Source: Dendrobates tinctorius
Lineage: Eukaryota
Assembly (NCBI RefSeq): GCF_039654945.1
Contig: NW_027362103.1
Span: 744,001-808,000, forward strand
DNA: 64,000 nt
Direction of reading: 5' to 3'
This document shows, piece by piece, positions 1 through 12,147 of this stretch; positions within the stretch are counted from its first letter, which is position 1, and each line of letters begins with the position of its first letter. The translations under genes and the position numbers were made by a program. The notes under the pieces were generated by a model. The model had not been told where the DNA came from, did no database searches, and saw nothing but the letters and a program-made list of their open reading frames with translations.

Positions 1-2755
1 GAATACCCTCCCCACAACATGCCTCCATCATCTGCACCTTCCACACTATCCTCCTCCCCACATGCCTCCATCATACTGCACCCTCCAGAATACCCTCCCC
101 ACAACATGCCTCCATCATCTGCACCTTCCACACTATCCTCCTCCCTACAACATGCTTCTATCATCTGCACCCTGCACACTATCCACACTATCCTCCTCCC
201 CACACGCCTCCATCATGCTGCACCCTCCACACTACCCTCCCTGCATGCCTCCATCATCTGCACCCTCCACACTATCTTCCTCACAACATGCCTCCATCAT
301 CTGCACCCGCCACACTATCCTCCCCACAACATGCCTCCATCATCTGCACCCTCCACACTATCCTCCCCACACACCTCCATCATCTGCACCCTCCACACTA
401 TCCTCCCCACAATATGCCTCCATCATCTGCACCCTCCACACTATCCTCCCCACAACATGCCTCCATCATCTGCACCCTCCACACTATCCTCCCCACACAC
501 CTCCATCATCTGCACCCTCCACACTATCCTCCCCAGAACATGCCTCCATCATCTGCACCCTCCACACTATCCTCCCCAGAACATGCCTCCATCATCTGCA
601 CCCTCCATACTATCCTCCCCACAACATGCCTCCATCATCTGCACCCTCCACACTATCCTCCTCACAACATGCCACCATTATCTGCACCCTCCACACTATC
701 TTCCTCACAACATGCCTCCATCATCTGCACCCTCCACACTATCCTCCCCACACACCTCCATCATCTGCACCCTCCAACTATCCCTCCAAAGAACATGCCT
801 CCATCATCTGCACCCTCCACACTATCCTCCCCAGAACATGCCTCCATCATCTGCACCCTCCACACTATCCTCCCCACAACATGCCTCCATCATCTGCACT
901 CGCCACACTATCCTCCCCACAACATGCCTCCATCATCTGCACCCGCCACACTATCCTACCCACAACATGCCTCCATCATCTGCACCCTCCACACTATCCT
1001 CCCCACACACCTCCATCATCTGCACCCTCCAACTATCCTCCCAAGAACATGCCTCCATCATCTGCACCCTCCACACTATCCTCCCCAGAACATGCCTCCA
1101 TCATCTGCACCCTCCACACTATCCTCCCCACAACATGCCTCCATCATCTGCACCCTCCACACTATCCTCCCCACACACCTCCATCATCTGCACCCTCCAA
1201 CTATCCTCCCAAGAACATGCCTCCATCATCTGCACCCTCCACACTATCCTCCCCAGAACATGCCTCCATCATCTGCACCCTCCACACTATCCTCCCCACA
1301 ACATGCCTCCATCATCTGCACTCACCACACTATCCTCCCCACAACATACCTCCATCATCTGCACCCGCCACACTATCCTACCCACAACATGCCTCCATCA
1401 TCTGCACCCTCCACACTATCCTCCCCACACACCTCCATCATCTGCACCCTCCAACTATCCTCCCAAGAACATGCCTCCATCATCTGCACCCTCCACACTA
1501 TCCTCCCCAGAACATGCCTCCATCATCTGCACCCTCCACACTATCCTCCCCAGAACATGCCTCCATCATCTGCACCCTCCATACTATCCTCCCCACAACA
1601 TGCCTCCATCATCTGCACCCTCCACACTATCCTCCTCACAACATGCCACCATTATCTGCACCCTCCACACTATCTTCCTCACAACATGCCTCCATCATCT
1701 GCACCCTCCACACTATCCTCCCCACACACCTCCATCATCTGCACCCTCCAACTATCCTCCAAAGAACATGCCTCCATCATCTGCACCCTCCACACTATCC
1801 TCCCCAGAACATGCCTCCATCATCTGCACCCTCCACACTATCCTCCCCACAACATGCCTCCATCATCTGCACTCGCCACACTATCCTCCCCACAACATGC
1901 CTCCATCATCTGCACCCGCCACACTATCCTACCCACAACATGCCTCCATCATCTGCACCCTCCACACTATCCTCCCCACACACCTCCATCATCTGCACCC
2001 TCCAACTATCCTCCCAAGAACATGCCTCCATCATCTGCACCCTCCACACTATCCTCCCCAGAACATGCCTCCATCATCTGCACCCTCCACACTATCCTCC
2101 CCACAACATGCCTCCATCATCTGCACTCGCCACACTATCCTCCCCACAACACGCCTCCATCATCTGCACCCTCCACACTATCCTTCTCACAACATGCCTC
2201 CATCATACTGCACCCTCCAGAATACCCTCCCCACAATATGCCTCCATCATCTGCACCTTCCACACTATCCTCCTCCCTACAACATGCCTCCATCATCTGC
2301 ACCCTGCACACTATCCACACTATCCTCCTCCCCACACGCCTCCATCATGCTGCACCCTCCACACTACCCTCCCTGCATGCCTCCATCATCTGCACCCTCC
2401 ACACTATCCTGCTCACAACATGTCTCAATCATCTACACCTGCCACACTAACCTCCTCACATGCCTCCATTACCTGCACCCTCCACACTATCCTCCCCACA
2501 CACCTCCATCTGCACCCGCTACACTATCCTCCCCACAACATGCCTCCATCATGCTGCACCTTCAACACTACCCTCCCCACAACATGCCTCCATCATCTAC
2601 ACCTTCCACACTATCCTCCTCCCTACAACATGCCTCCATCATCTGCACCCTATCCACACTATCCTCCTCCCCACACACCTCCATCATGCTGCACCCTCCA
2701 CACTACCCTCCCTGCACGCCTCCATCATTCTGCACCCTTCACACTACCCTCCCCG
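1..2755. repeat. ~43-bp C-rich minisatellite (intron 9)
   Basis: Unit CCACACTATCCTCCCCACAACATGCCTCCATCATCTGCACCCT with 41/42-bp variants; open in all three + frames. Confidence 0.95.
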
Positions 2756-2913
2756 CGTGCCATGTTGTACATGACGTGTTTTGTCACTGTATAATGTCTG
2801 CTGTGTGATTTTATGCTTGTGTTCTATATGAGGGATCCGCCTGCACTGTCTATGTGTGACGTGTGTATGTTTTATGATGTGTGATAGTCATGGGATGTGT
2901 CTGGATGATGCAC

Positions 2914-3004
2914 CTGTGAGGCGAGATGTCAGAAGGTCTTCCTTGGTCTCCACTATGATTTGGGGCAGTTTCGATACAGGAACACACACATCAGTTGAAT
3001 ATCC
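2914..3004 (-). CDS. LDHD: LDHD exon 9 ([30 protein letters not shown])
   Basis: tttgtttcag| acceptor, G|GTGCAT donor, 91 nt; STDVCVP motif. Confidence 0.96.
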
Positions 3005-3123
3005 CTGAAACAAAAAAGGAGAACCTAGAAATGTCCGTCCATCAGGGCGCTACGGGTGCGAAGACCCCGGCAGTAATATGAAGGTGCACATACGGTATTA
3101 TGCACGAGCATGAAATAACTCAC

Positions 3124-3251
3124 CCTGCACCCCGGACGCAGAGCCAGCGCCGCGTACCATGCATTGTGCCTAGCGGTCCACAGCTTGGTACTCTCCTTCT
3201 GGTCTCTTGCCCAATTAAAGTCAGATCCTCCATTCTGTCGTGTTATTTGCT
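3124..3251 (-). CDS. LDHD: LDHD exon 8 ([43 protein letters not shown])
   Basis: cattgcag| acceptor, AGG|GTGAGT donor, 128 nt; [13 protein letters not shown] motif. Confidence 0.96.
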
Positions 3252-3258
3252 CTGCAAT

Positions 3259-4430
3259 GGAGCACAGCACCGTATAAGGGGCGAGGGGGAGCGCGGCACC
3301 GTATAAGAGGCGAGGGGGAGCGCGGCACCGTATAAGAGGCGAGGGGGAGCGCGGCACCGTATAAGGGGAGAGGGGGAGCGCGGCACCGTATAAGGGGAGA
3401 GCGCGGCACCGTATAAGGGGCGAGGAGAGCGCGGCACCGTATAAGGGGCGAGGGGGAGCGCGGCGCCGTATAAGGGGCAAGGGGGAGCGCGGCACCGAAT
3501 AAGGGGCAAGGGGGAGCGCGGCACCGAATAAGGGGCAAGGGGGAGCGTGGCACCGAATAAGGGGCAAGGGGGAGCGTGGCACCGAATAAGGGGCAAGGGG
3601 GAGCGTGGCACTGTATAAGGGGCGAGGGGGAGCGCAGTACCGAATAAGGGGCGAGGGGGAGCGCAGTACCGTATAAGGGGCGAGGGGGAGCGCAGCTCCG
3701 AATAAGGGGCGAGGGGGAGCGCAGCTCCGAATAAGGGGCGAGGGGGAGCGCAGCACCGAATAAGGGGCGAGGGGGAGCGCAGCACCGAATAAGGGGCGAG
3801 GGGGAGCGCAGTACCGTATAAGGGGCGAGGGGGAGCGCAGTACAGAATAAGGGGCGAGGGGGAGCGCAGTACAGAATAAGGGGCGAGGGGGAGCGCAGTA
3901 CCGTATAAGGGGCGAGGGGGAGCGCAGCACCGTATAAGGGGCGAGGGGGAGCGCAGCACCGTATAAGAAGCGAGGGGGAGCGCAGCACCGTATAAGAAGC
4001 GAGGGGGAGCGCAGTACCGTATAAGGGGCGAGGGGGAGCGCAGCACCGAATAAGGGGCAAGGGGAGCGCAGTACCGTATCAGGGGCGAGGGGGAGCGCAG
4101 TACTGAATAAGGGGCGAGGGGGAGCGCAGTACCATATAAGGGGCGAGGGGGAGCGCAGTACCATATAAGGGGCGAGGGGGAGCGCGGCACCGTATAAGGG
4201 GCGAGGGGGAGCGCGGCACCGTATAAGGGGCGAGGGGGAGTGCAGCACCGTATAAGGGGCAAGGGGAGCGCACCACCGTATAAGGGGCAAGGGGAGCGCA
4301 GCACAGTATAAGGGGCAAGGGGAGCGCAGCACAGTATAAGGGGCAAGGGGAGCGCAGCACAGTATAAGGGGCAAGGGGAGTGCAGCACAGTATAAGGGGC
4401 AAGGGGAAGTATAGCACTGTATAAGGAGCG
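3259..4430. repeat. 29-bp G-rich minisatellite (intron 7)
   Basis: Unit AGCGCAGTACCGTATAAGGGGCGAGGGGG, about 40 copies. Confidence 0.95.
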
Positions 4431-4536
4431 AGGATCGCAGAGCCGTGTCTGCAGTGTAGTTCAGGTTGGGCACAGAACCATGTATGTAGTGCGGGTAAGG
4501 GGGAGCGTGTGGTTACATTAGAGGTGCGATTCAAAC

Positions 4537-4665
4537 CTGTCTGTTGCACTTGCTCCTTGACTCCAGACTCGGTACCGTGGAACTCCAGAAACAGAGTGGG
4601 AAGTGCAGGAAAACTCAGGTCATTAAATCTATTGCAGGCATCAATCATGACGTCATCTAAGAACT
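4537..4665 (-). CDS. LDHD: LDHD exon 7 (EFLDDVMIDACNRFNDLSFPALPTLFLEFHGTESGVKEQVQQT)
   Basis: tgtccgcag| acceptor, G|GTTTGA donor, 129 nt. Confidence 0.96.
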
Positions 4666-4689
4666 CTGCGGACAGACATAGGAGACGAA

Positions 4690-7525
4690 GGGTCACAGAC
4701 GTAGGAGGCAGGGGAGCCACAGACGTAGGTGGCGGGGGGGGAGGTCACAGACGTGGGAGGCGGGGAAGCCACAGACGTGGGAGGCGGGGGAGCCACAGAC
4801 GTGGGAGGCGGGGGAGCCACAGACGTAGGTGGCGGGGGAGCCACAGACGTAGATGCGGGGGGGTTCACAGACGTAGATGGCGGCGGGGTTCACAGACGTA
4901 GGTGGCGGGGGGGTCACAGACGTAGGTGGCGGGGGGGTCACAGACGTAGGTGGCGGGGGGGGGTCACAGACGTAGGTGGCGGGGGGGGTCACAGACGTAG
5001 GTGGCGGGGGGGGTCACAGATGTAGATGCGGGGGGGGTTCACAGACGTAGGTGGCGGCGGGGTTCACAGACGTAGGTGGCGGCGGGGTTCACAGACGTAG
5101 GTGGCGGCGGGGTTCACAGACGTAGGTGGCGGCGGGGTTCACAGACGTAGGTGGCGGCGGGGTTCACAGACGTAGGTGGCGGCGGGGTTCACAGACGTAG
5201 GTGGCGGGGGGGGTCACAGACGTAGGTGGCGGGGGGGTTCACAGACGTAGGTGGCTGGGGGGTTCACAGACGTAGGTGGCGGGGGGGGGTTCACAGACAC
5301 AGACGTAGGAGGCGGGGGAGCCACAGACGTAGGTGGCGGGGGGGAGGTCACAGACGTGGGAGGCGGGGGAGCCACAGACGTGGGAGGCGGGGGAGCCAGA
5401 CGTGGGAGGCGGGGGAGCCACAGACGTGGGAGGCGGGGGAGCCACCGACGTGGGAGGCGGGGGAGCCACAGACGTGGGAGGCGGGGGAGCTCACAGACGT
5501 AGGTGGCGGGGGAGCTCACAGACGTAGGTGGCGGGGGGGGGGGGTTCACAGACGTAGGTGGCGGGGGGGGGTTCACAGACGTAGGTGGCGGGGGGGGGTT
5601 CACAGACGTAGGTGGCGGGGGGGGGTTCACAGACACAGATGTAGGAGGCGGGGGAGCCACAGACGTGGGAGGCGGCGGAGCCACAGACGTGGGAGGCGGG
5701 GGAGCCACAGACGTGGGAGGCGGGGGAGCTACAGACGTGGGAGGCGGGGGAGCCACAGACGTGGGAGGCGGGGGAGCCACAGACGTGGGAGGCGGGGGAG
5801 CCACAGACGTGGGAGGCGGGGGAGCTCACAGACGTAGGTGGCGGGGGGGATTCACAGACGTAGGTGGCGGGGGGGATTCACAGACGTAGGTGGCGGGGGG
5901 GGGTCACAGACGTAGGTGGCGGGGGGGGTTCACAGACGTAGGTGGTGGGGTGGTTCACAGACGTAGGTGGCGGGGGGGTTCACAGACGTAGGTGGCGGGG
6001 GGGTTCACAGACGTAGGTGGCGGGGGGGTTCACAGACGTAGGTGGCGGGGGGCTTCACAGACGTAGGTGGCGGGGGGGTTCACAGACGTAGGTGGCGGGG
6101 GGGTTCACAGACGTAGGTGGCGGGGGGGTTCACAGACACAGACGTAGGAGGCGGGGGAGCCACAGACGTGGGAGGCGGGGGAGCCACAGACGTGGGAGGC
6201 GGGGGAGCCACAGACGTGGGAGGCGGGGGAGCCACAGACGTGGGAGGCGGGGGAGCCACAGACGTGGGAGGCGGGGGGGGGGGGTTCACAGACGTAGGTG
6301 GCGGGGGGGGGTTCACAGACGTAGGAGGCGGGGGAGCCACAGACGTAGGAGGCGGGGGAGCCACAGACGTAGGAGGCGGGGGAGCCACAGACGTAGGAGG
6401 CGGGGGAGCCACAGACGTAGGAGGCGGGGGAGCCACAGACGTAGGAGGCGGGGGAGCCACAGACGTAGGAGGCGGGGGAGCCACAGACGTAGGAGGCGGG
6501 GGAGCCACAGACGTAGGAGGCGGGGGAGCCACAGACGTGGGAGGCGGGGGAGCCACAGACGTGGGAGGCGGGGGAGCCACAGACGTGGGAGGCGGGGGAG
6601 CCACAGACGTGGGATGCGGGGGGGGGTTCACAGACGTAGGTGGCGGGGGGGGTTCACAGACGTAGGTGGCGGAGGGAGGGTTCACAGACGTAGGTGGCGG
6701 AGGGAGGGTTCACAGACACAGACGTAGGAGGCGGGGGAGCCACAGACGTAGGAGGCGGGGGAGCCACAGACGTAGGAGGCGGGGGAGCCACAGACGTAGG
6801 AGGCGGGGGAGCCACAGACGTAGGAGGCGGGGGAGCCACAGACGTAGGAGGCGGGGGAGCCACAGACGTGGGAGGCGGTTCACAGACGTAGGTGGCGGGG
6901 GGGTTCACAGACATAGGTGGCGGGGGGGGGGGTTCACAGACACAGACGTAGGAGGCGGGGGAGCCACAGACGTAGGAGGCGGGGGAGCCACAGACGTAGG
7001 AGGCGGGGGAGCCACAGACGTAGGAGGCGGGGGAGCCACAGACGTAGGAGGCGGGGGAGCCACAGACGTAGGAGGCGGGGGAGCCACAGACGTAGGAGGC
7101 GGGGGAGCCACAGACGTGGGAGGCGGGGGAGCCACAGACGTAGGAGGCGGGGGAGCCACAGACGTAGGAGGCGGGGGAGCCACAGACGTGGGAGGCGGGG
7201 GAGCCACAGACGTGGGAGGCGGGGGAGCCACAGACGTGGGAGGCGGGGGAGCCACAGACGTGGGAGGCGGGGGAGCCACAGACGTGGGAGGCGGGGGAGC
7301 CACAGACGTGGGAGGCGGGGGAGCCACAGACGTAGGTGGCGGGGGGGTTCACAGACGTAGGTGGCGGGGGGGTTCACAGACGTAGGTGGCGGGAGGGAGG
7401 TCACAGACGTAGGTGGCGGGAGGGAGGTCACAGACGTAGGTGGCGGGGGGGGGGTCACCAACGTAGGAGGCGGGGGGGGTCACAGACGTAGGAGGCGGGG
7501 GGGGGGGTCACAGACGTAGGAGGCG
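4690..7525. repeat. ~24-26-bp G-rich minisatellite (intron 6)
   Basis: Units CACAGACGT(A/G)GGAGGCGGGGGAGC and CACAGACGTAGGTGGC(G)nTT with variable G-runs. Confidence 0.95.
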
Positions 7526-7602
7526 ATACCATGGTCTCTGACCGAACCTCAGGGGAAGTCATGAGCTGTGGCTTTTGGAGTCTCCACCTAGGGACCACTC
7601 AC

Positions 7603-7802
7603 CAATCCTGGCGATGGGGATTCCATTCTGTAGGATCTGGACCGTGCTGTCCACCGCAGCCTGCACGCTGGGGAAGGCGCACACCGCGCACGCAGTGGCC
7701 TCTGGCACGCCGTACAAGCGCAGCGTGGCTTCAGTTATAATTCCCAACGTTCCCTCTGAGCCCACGAATAGGCTGGTCAGGTTGTATCCAGCCGCCGTCT
7801 TC
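7603..7802 (-). CDS. LDHD: LDHD exon 6 ([66 protein letters not shown])
   Basis: gctgcag| acceptor, G|GTGAGT donor, 200 nt; GSEGTLGII motif. Confidence 0.97.
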
Positions 7803-8049
7803 CTGCAGCAATGTGGAAAGCGTTAGGTACACGGTGCTGTGCTAAATGACTTACCGGGGTCTCTAATAGTTTCTGCAATAACACGGAAACATCAGATTAC
7901 GAGTCTGACACCAGTTTGGGATGTTCTGCGGATTTATCACTCATTTTACCGATGGTGGTGAAAATCAGCAACATAAATCCTTTTCAGAACAGAAGCCGCT
8001 CATTTCCAGCTGTGGTTTAGTGTGTGACGTTAATACTCTGATGGTCGCT

Positions 8050-9905
8050 CTCTGCAGAGCTTAATGTAATGGCCGCTCTCTGCTCTCCTGATCTCACTGC
8101 AGAGCTGTGTGTGATGGCCGCTCTCTGCTCTCCTGATCTCACTGCAGAGCTGTGTGTGATGGCCGCTCTCTGCTCTCCTGATCTCACTGGTCACTGCAGA
8201 GCTGTGTGTGATGGCCGCTCTCTGCTCTCCTGATCTCACTGCAGAGCTGTGTGTGATGGCCGCTCTCTGCTCTCCTGATCTCACTGGTCACTGCAGAGCT
8301 GTGTGTGATGGCCGCTCTCTGCTCTCCTGATCTCACTGCAGAGCTGTGTGTGATGGCCGCTCTCTTCTCTCCTGATCTCATTCGAGAGCTGTGTGTGATG
8401 GCCGCTCTCTTCTCTCCTGATCTCACTGGTCACTGCAGAGCTGTGTGTGATGGCCGCTCTCTGCTCTCCTGATCTCACTGGTCACTGCAGAGCTGTGTGT
8501 GATGGCCGCTCTCTGCTCTCCTGATCTCACTGGTCACTGCAGAGCTGTGTGTGATGGCCGCTCTCTGCTCTCCTGATCTAACTGCAGAGCTGTGTGTGAT
8601 GGCCGCTCTCTTCTCTCCTGATCTCATTCGAGAGCTGTGTGTGATGGCCGCTCTCTTCTCTCCTGATCTCACTGGAGAGCTGTGTGTGATGGCCGCTCTC
8701 TGCTCTCCTGATTTCACTGGAGAGCTGTGTGTGATGGCCGCACTCTGCTCTCCTGATCTCACTGGAGAGCTGTGTGTGATGGCCGCTCTCTTCTCTCCTG
8801 ATCTCACTGGAGAGCTGTGTGTGATGGCCGCTCTCTTCTCTCCTGATCTCACTGGAGAGCTGTGTGTGATGGCCGCTCTCTGCCCTTCTGACCTCACAGC
8901 AGAGCTGTGTGTGATGGCCGCTCTCTTCTCTCCTGATCTCACTGGAGAGCTGTGTATGATGGCCGCTCTCTGCCCTTCTGACCTCACAGCAGAGCTGTGT
9001 ATGATGGCCCTTTTCTGCTTGCCTGATCTCACTGCAGAGCTGTGTGTTATGGCCGCTCTCTGCTCCTGATCTCACTGCAGAGCTGTGCGTGATGGCCGCT
9101 CCCTGCTCTCCTGATCTCACTGCAGAGCTGTGCGTGATGGCCGCTCCCTGCTCTCCTGATCTCACTGCAGAGCTGTGTGTGATGGCCGCTCCCTGCTCTC
9201 CTGATCTCACTGCAGAGCTGTGTGTGATGGCCGCTCCCTGCTCTCCTGATCTCACTGCAGAGCTGTGTGTGATGGCCGCTCTCCTGATCTCACTGCAGAG
9301 CTGTGCGTGATGGCCGCTCCCTGCTCTCCTGATCTCACTGCAGAGCTGTGTGTGATGGCCGCTCCCTGCTCTCCTGATCTCACTGGTCACTGCAGAGCTG
9401 TGTGTGATGGCCGCTCCCTGCTCTCCTGATCTCACTGCAGAGCTGTGTGTGATAGCCGCTCCCTGCTCTCTTGATCTCACTGCAGAGCTGTGTGTGATGG
9501 CCGCTCCCTGCTCTCCTGATCTCACTGCAGAGCAGTGTGTGATGGCCGCTCCCTGCTCTCTTGATCTCACTGCAGAGCTGTGTGTGATAGCCGCTCCCTG
9601 CTCTCTTGATCTCACTGCAGAGCTGTGTGTGATGGCCGCTCTCCTGATCTCACTGCAGAGCTGTGTGTGATGGCCGCTCTCCTGATCTCACTGCAGAGCT
9701 GTGTGTGATGGCCGCTCTCCTGATCTCACTGCAGAGCTGTGTGTGATGGCCGCTCTCCTGATCTCACTGCAGAGCTGTGTGTGATGGCCGCTCTCCTGAT
9801 CTCACTGCAGAGCTGTGTGTGATGGCCGCTCTCCTGATCTCACTGCAGAGCTGTGTGTGATGGCCGCTCCCTGCTCTCCTGATCTCACTGCAGAGCTGTG
9901 TGTGA
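8050..9905. repeat. 45-bp minisatellite with 38- and 53-bp variants (intron 5)
   Basis: Unit GAGCTGTGTGTGATGGCCGCTCTCTGCTCTCCTGATCTCACTGCA. Confidence 0.95.
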
Positions 9906-9929
9906 CACCTGACACATTTGCAGCCCATA

Positions 9930-12147
9930 GGAATGCTTGTGCTACAAGTTCTAATCTACAGTACAGGACAATTACTTCTCTCAGCTGATAGATGAACAGA
10001 CCAGGGGAGGTAATCTCCTGGATCTGGCCCTGTCACATAGACCAGGGGAGGTAATCTGCTGGATCTGGCCCTGTCACATAGACCAGGGGAGGCAATCTGC
10101 TAAATCTGGTCCTGTCACATAGACCAGGGGAGGTAATCTGCTAAATCTGGTCCTGTCACATAGACCAGGGGATGTAATCTGCTAAATCTGGTCCTGTCAC
10201 ATAGACCAGGGGAGGTAATCTGCTAAATCTGGTCCTGTCACATAGACCAGGGGAGGTAATCTGCTAAATCTGGTCCTGTCACATAGACCAGGGGATGTAA
10301 TCTGCTAAATCTGGTCCTGTCACATAGACCAGGGGAGGTAATCTGCTGGATCTGGCCCTTTCACATAGACCAGGGGAGGTAATCTGCTAAATCTGGTCCT
10401 GTCACATAGACCAGGGGAGGTAATCTGCTAAATCTGGTCCTGTCACATAGACCAGGGGAGGTAATCTGCTAAATCTGGTCCTGTCACATAGACCAGGGGA
10501 GGTAATCTGCTGGATCTGGCCCTTTCACATAGACCAGGGGAGGTAATCTGCTGGATCTGGCCCTTTCACATAGACCAGGGGAGGTAATCTGCTGGATCTG
10601 GCCCTGTCACATAGACCAGGGGAGGTAATCTGCTGGATCTGGCCCTTTCACATAGACCAGGGGAGGTAATCTGCTGGATCTGGCCCTTTCACATAGACCA
10701 GGGGAGGTAATTTGCTGGATCTGGCCCTTTCACATAGACCAGGGGAGGTAATCTGCTAAATCTGGTCCTGTCACATAGACCAGGGGATGTAATCTGCTAA
10801 ATCTGGTCCTGTCACATAGACCAGGGGAGGTAATCTGCTAAATCTGGTCCTGTCACATAGACCAGGGGAGGTAATCTGCTAAATCTGGTCCTGTCACATA
10901 GACCAGGGGATGTAATCTGCTAAATCTGGTCCTGTCACATAGACCAGGGGAGGTAATCTGCTAAATCTGGTCCTGTCACATAGACCAGGGGAGGTAATCT
11001 GCTAAATCTGGTCCTGTCACATAGACCAGGGGAGGTAATCTGCTAAATCTGGTCCTGTCACATAGACCAGGGGATGTAATCTGCTAAATCTGGTCCTGTC
11101 ACATAGACCAGGGGAGGTAATCTGCTAAATCTGGTCCTGTCACATAGACCAGGGGAGGTAATCTGCTGGATCTGGCCCTTTCACATAGACCAGGGGAGGT
11201 AATCTGCTGGATCTGGCCCTTTCACATAGACCAGGGGAGGTAATTTGCTGGATCTGGCCCTTTCACATAGACCAGGGGAGGTAATCTGCTAAATCTGGTC
11301 CTGTCACATAGACCAGGGGAGGTAATTTGCTGGATCTGGCCCTTTCACATAGACCAGGGGAGGTAATCTGCTAAATCTGGTCCTGTCACATAGACCAGGG
11401 GAGGTAATCTGCTGGATCTGGCCCTTTCACATAGACCAGGGGAGGTAATTTGCTGGATCTGGCCCTTTCACATAGACCAGGGGAGGTAATCTGCTAAATC
11501 TGGTCCTGTCACATAGACCAGGGGAGGTAATCTGCTGGATCTGGCCCTTTCACATAGACCAGGGGAGGTAATCTGCTGGATCTGGCCCTTTCACATAGAC
11601 CAGGTGAGGTAATCTGCTGGATCTGGCCCTTTCACATAGACCAGGGGAGGTAATCTGCTGGATATGGCCCTTTCACATAGACCAGGGGAGGTAATTTGCT
11701 GGATCTGGCCCTGCCACATAGACCAGGGGAGGTAATCTGCTGGATCTGGCCCTGTCACATAGACCAGGGGAGGTAATCTGCTGGATCTGGCCCTGTCACA
11801 TAGACCAGGGGAGGTAATCTGCTGGATCTGGTTCTGTCACATAGACCAGGGGAGGTAATCTGCTGGATCTGGCCCTTTCACATAGACCAGGGGAGGTAAT
11901 CTGCTGGATCTGGCCCTTTCACATAGACCAGATACAGCCTCAGATCTACAGGTCAGGGAGCATTTGGGAAGGAGTGACCATAACATGGTAAGTTTCAATG
12001 TCATTTTCAATCAGACATTCAAAACGGGAAATGCCAAAACCTGGAGCTTTAGGAAAGCTGATTTAGAAACATTAAGGGAAGAGCTTAATTGTGTAGACTG
12101 GGACAACGTCATAGTAACTGGGGATACCGATCATAAATGAGACATTT
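9930..12147 (+). mobile_element. Degenerate CR1 LINE ORF2 fragment (APE endonuclease C-terminus) split by an internal minisatellite
   Basis: Manual translation: QDNYFSQLIDEQTRGGNLLDLALSHRP...DTASDLQVREHLGRSDHNMVSF...WSFRKADLETLREEL..DW; these PTRG-LDL, LG.SDH and FRKAD motifs are typical of CR1 ORF2. Confidence 0.85.
9998..11931. repeat. 41-bp minisatellite derived from CR1 endonuclease sequence
   Basis: Unit AGACCAGGGGAGGTAATCTGCTGGATCTGGCCCTGTCACAT, about 47 copies, two main variants. Confidence 0.95.

Noticed and set aside
19-2808. 929/910/720-aa His/Pro-rich ORFs
   Set aside because: All three frames are open only because the 43-bp repeat lacks stops; intronic, and the frames rotate with the unit.
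4690-7460. Gly-rich / extensin-like ORFs
   Set aside because: Minisatellite translation with frequent G-run frameshifts.
9998-11931. CRISPR-like regular repeats (also the other arrays)
   Set aside because: Head-to-tail tandem units without unique spacers, no cas genes, eukaryotic intron context.
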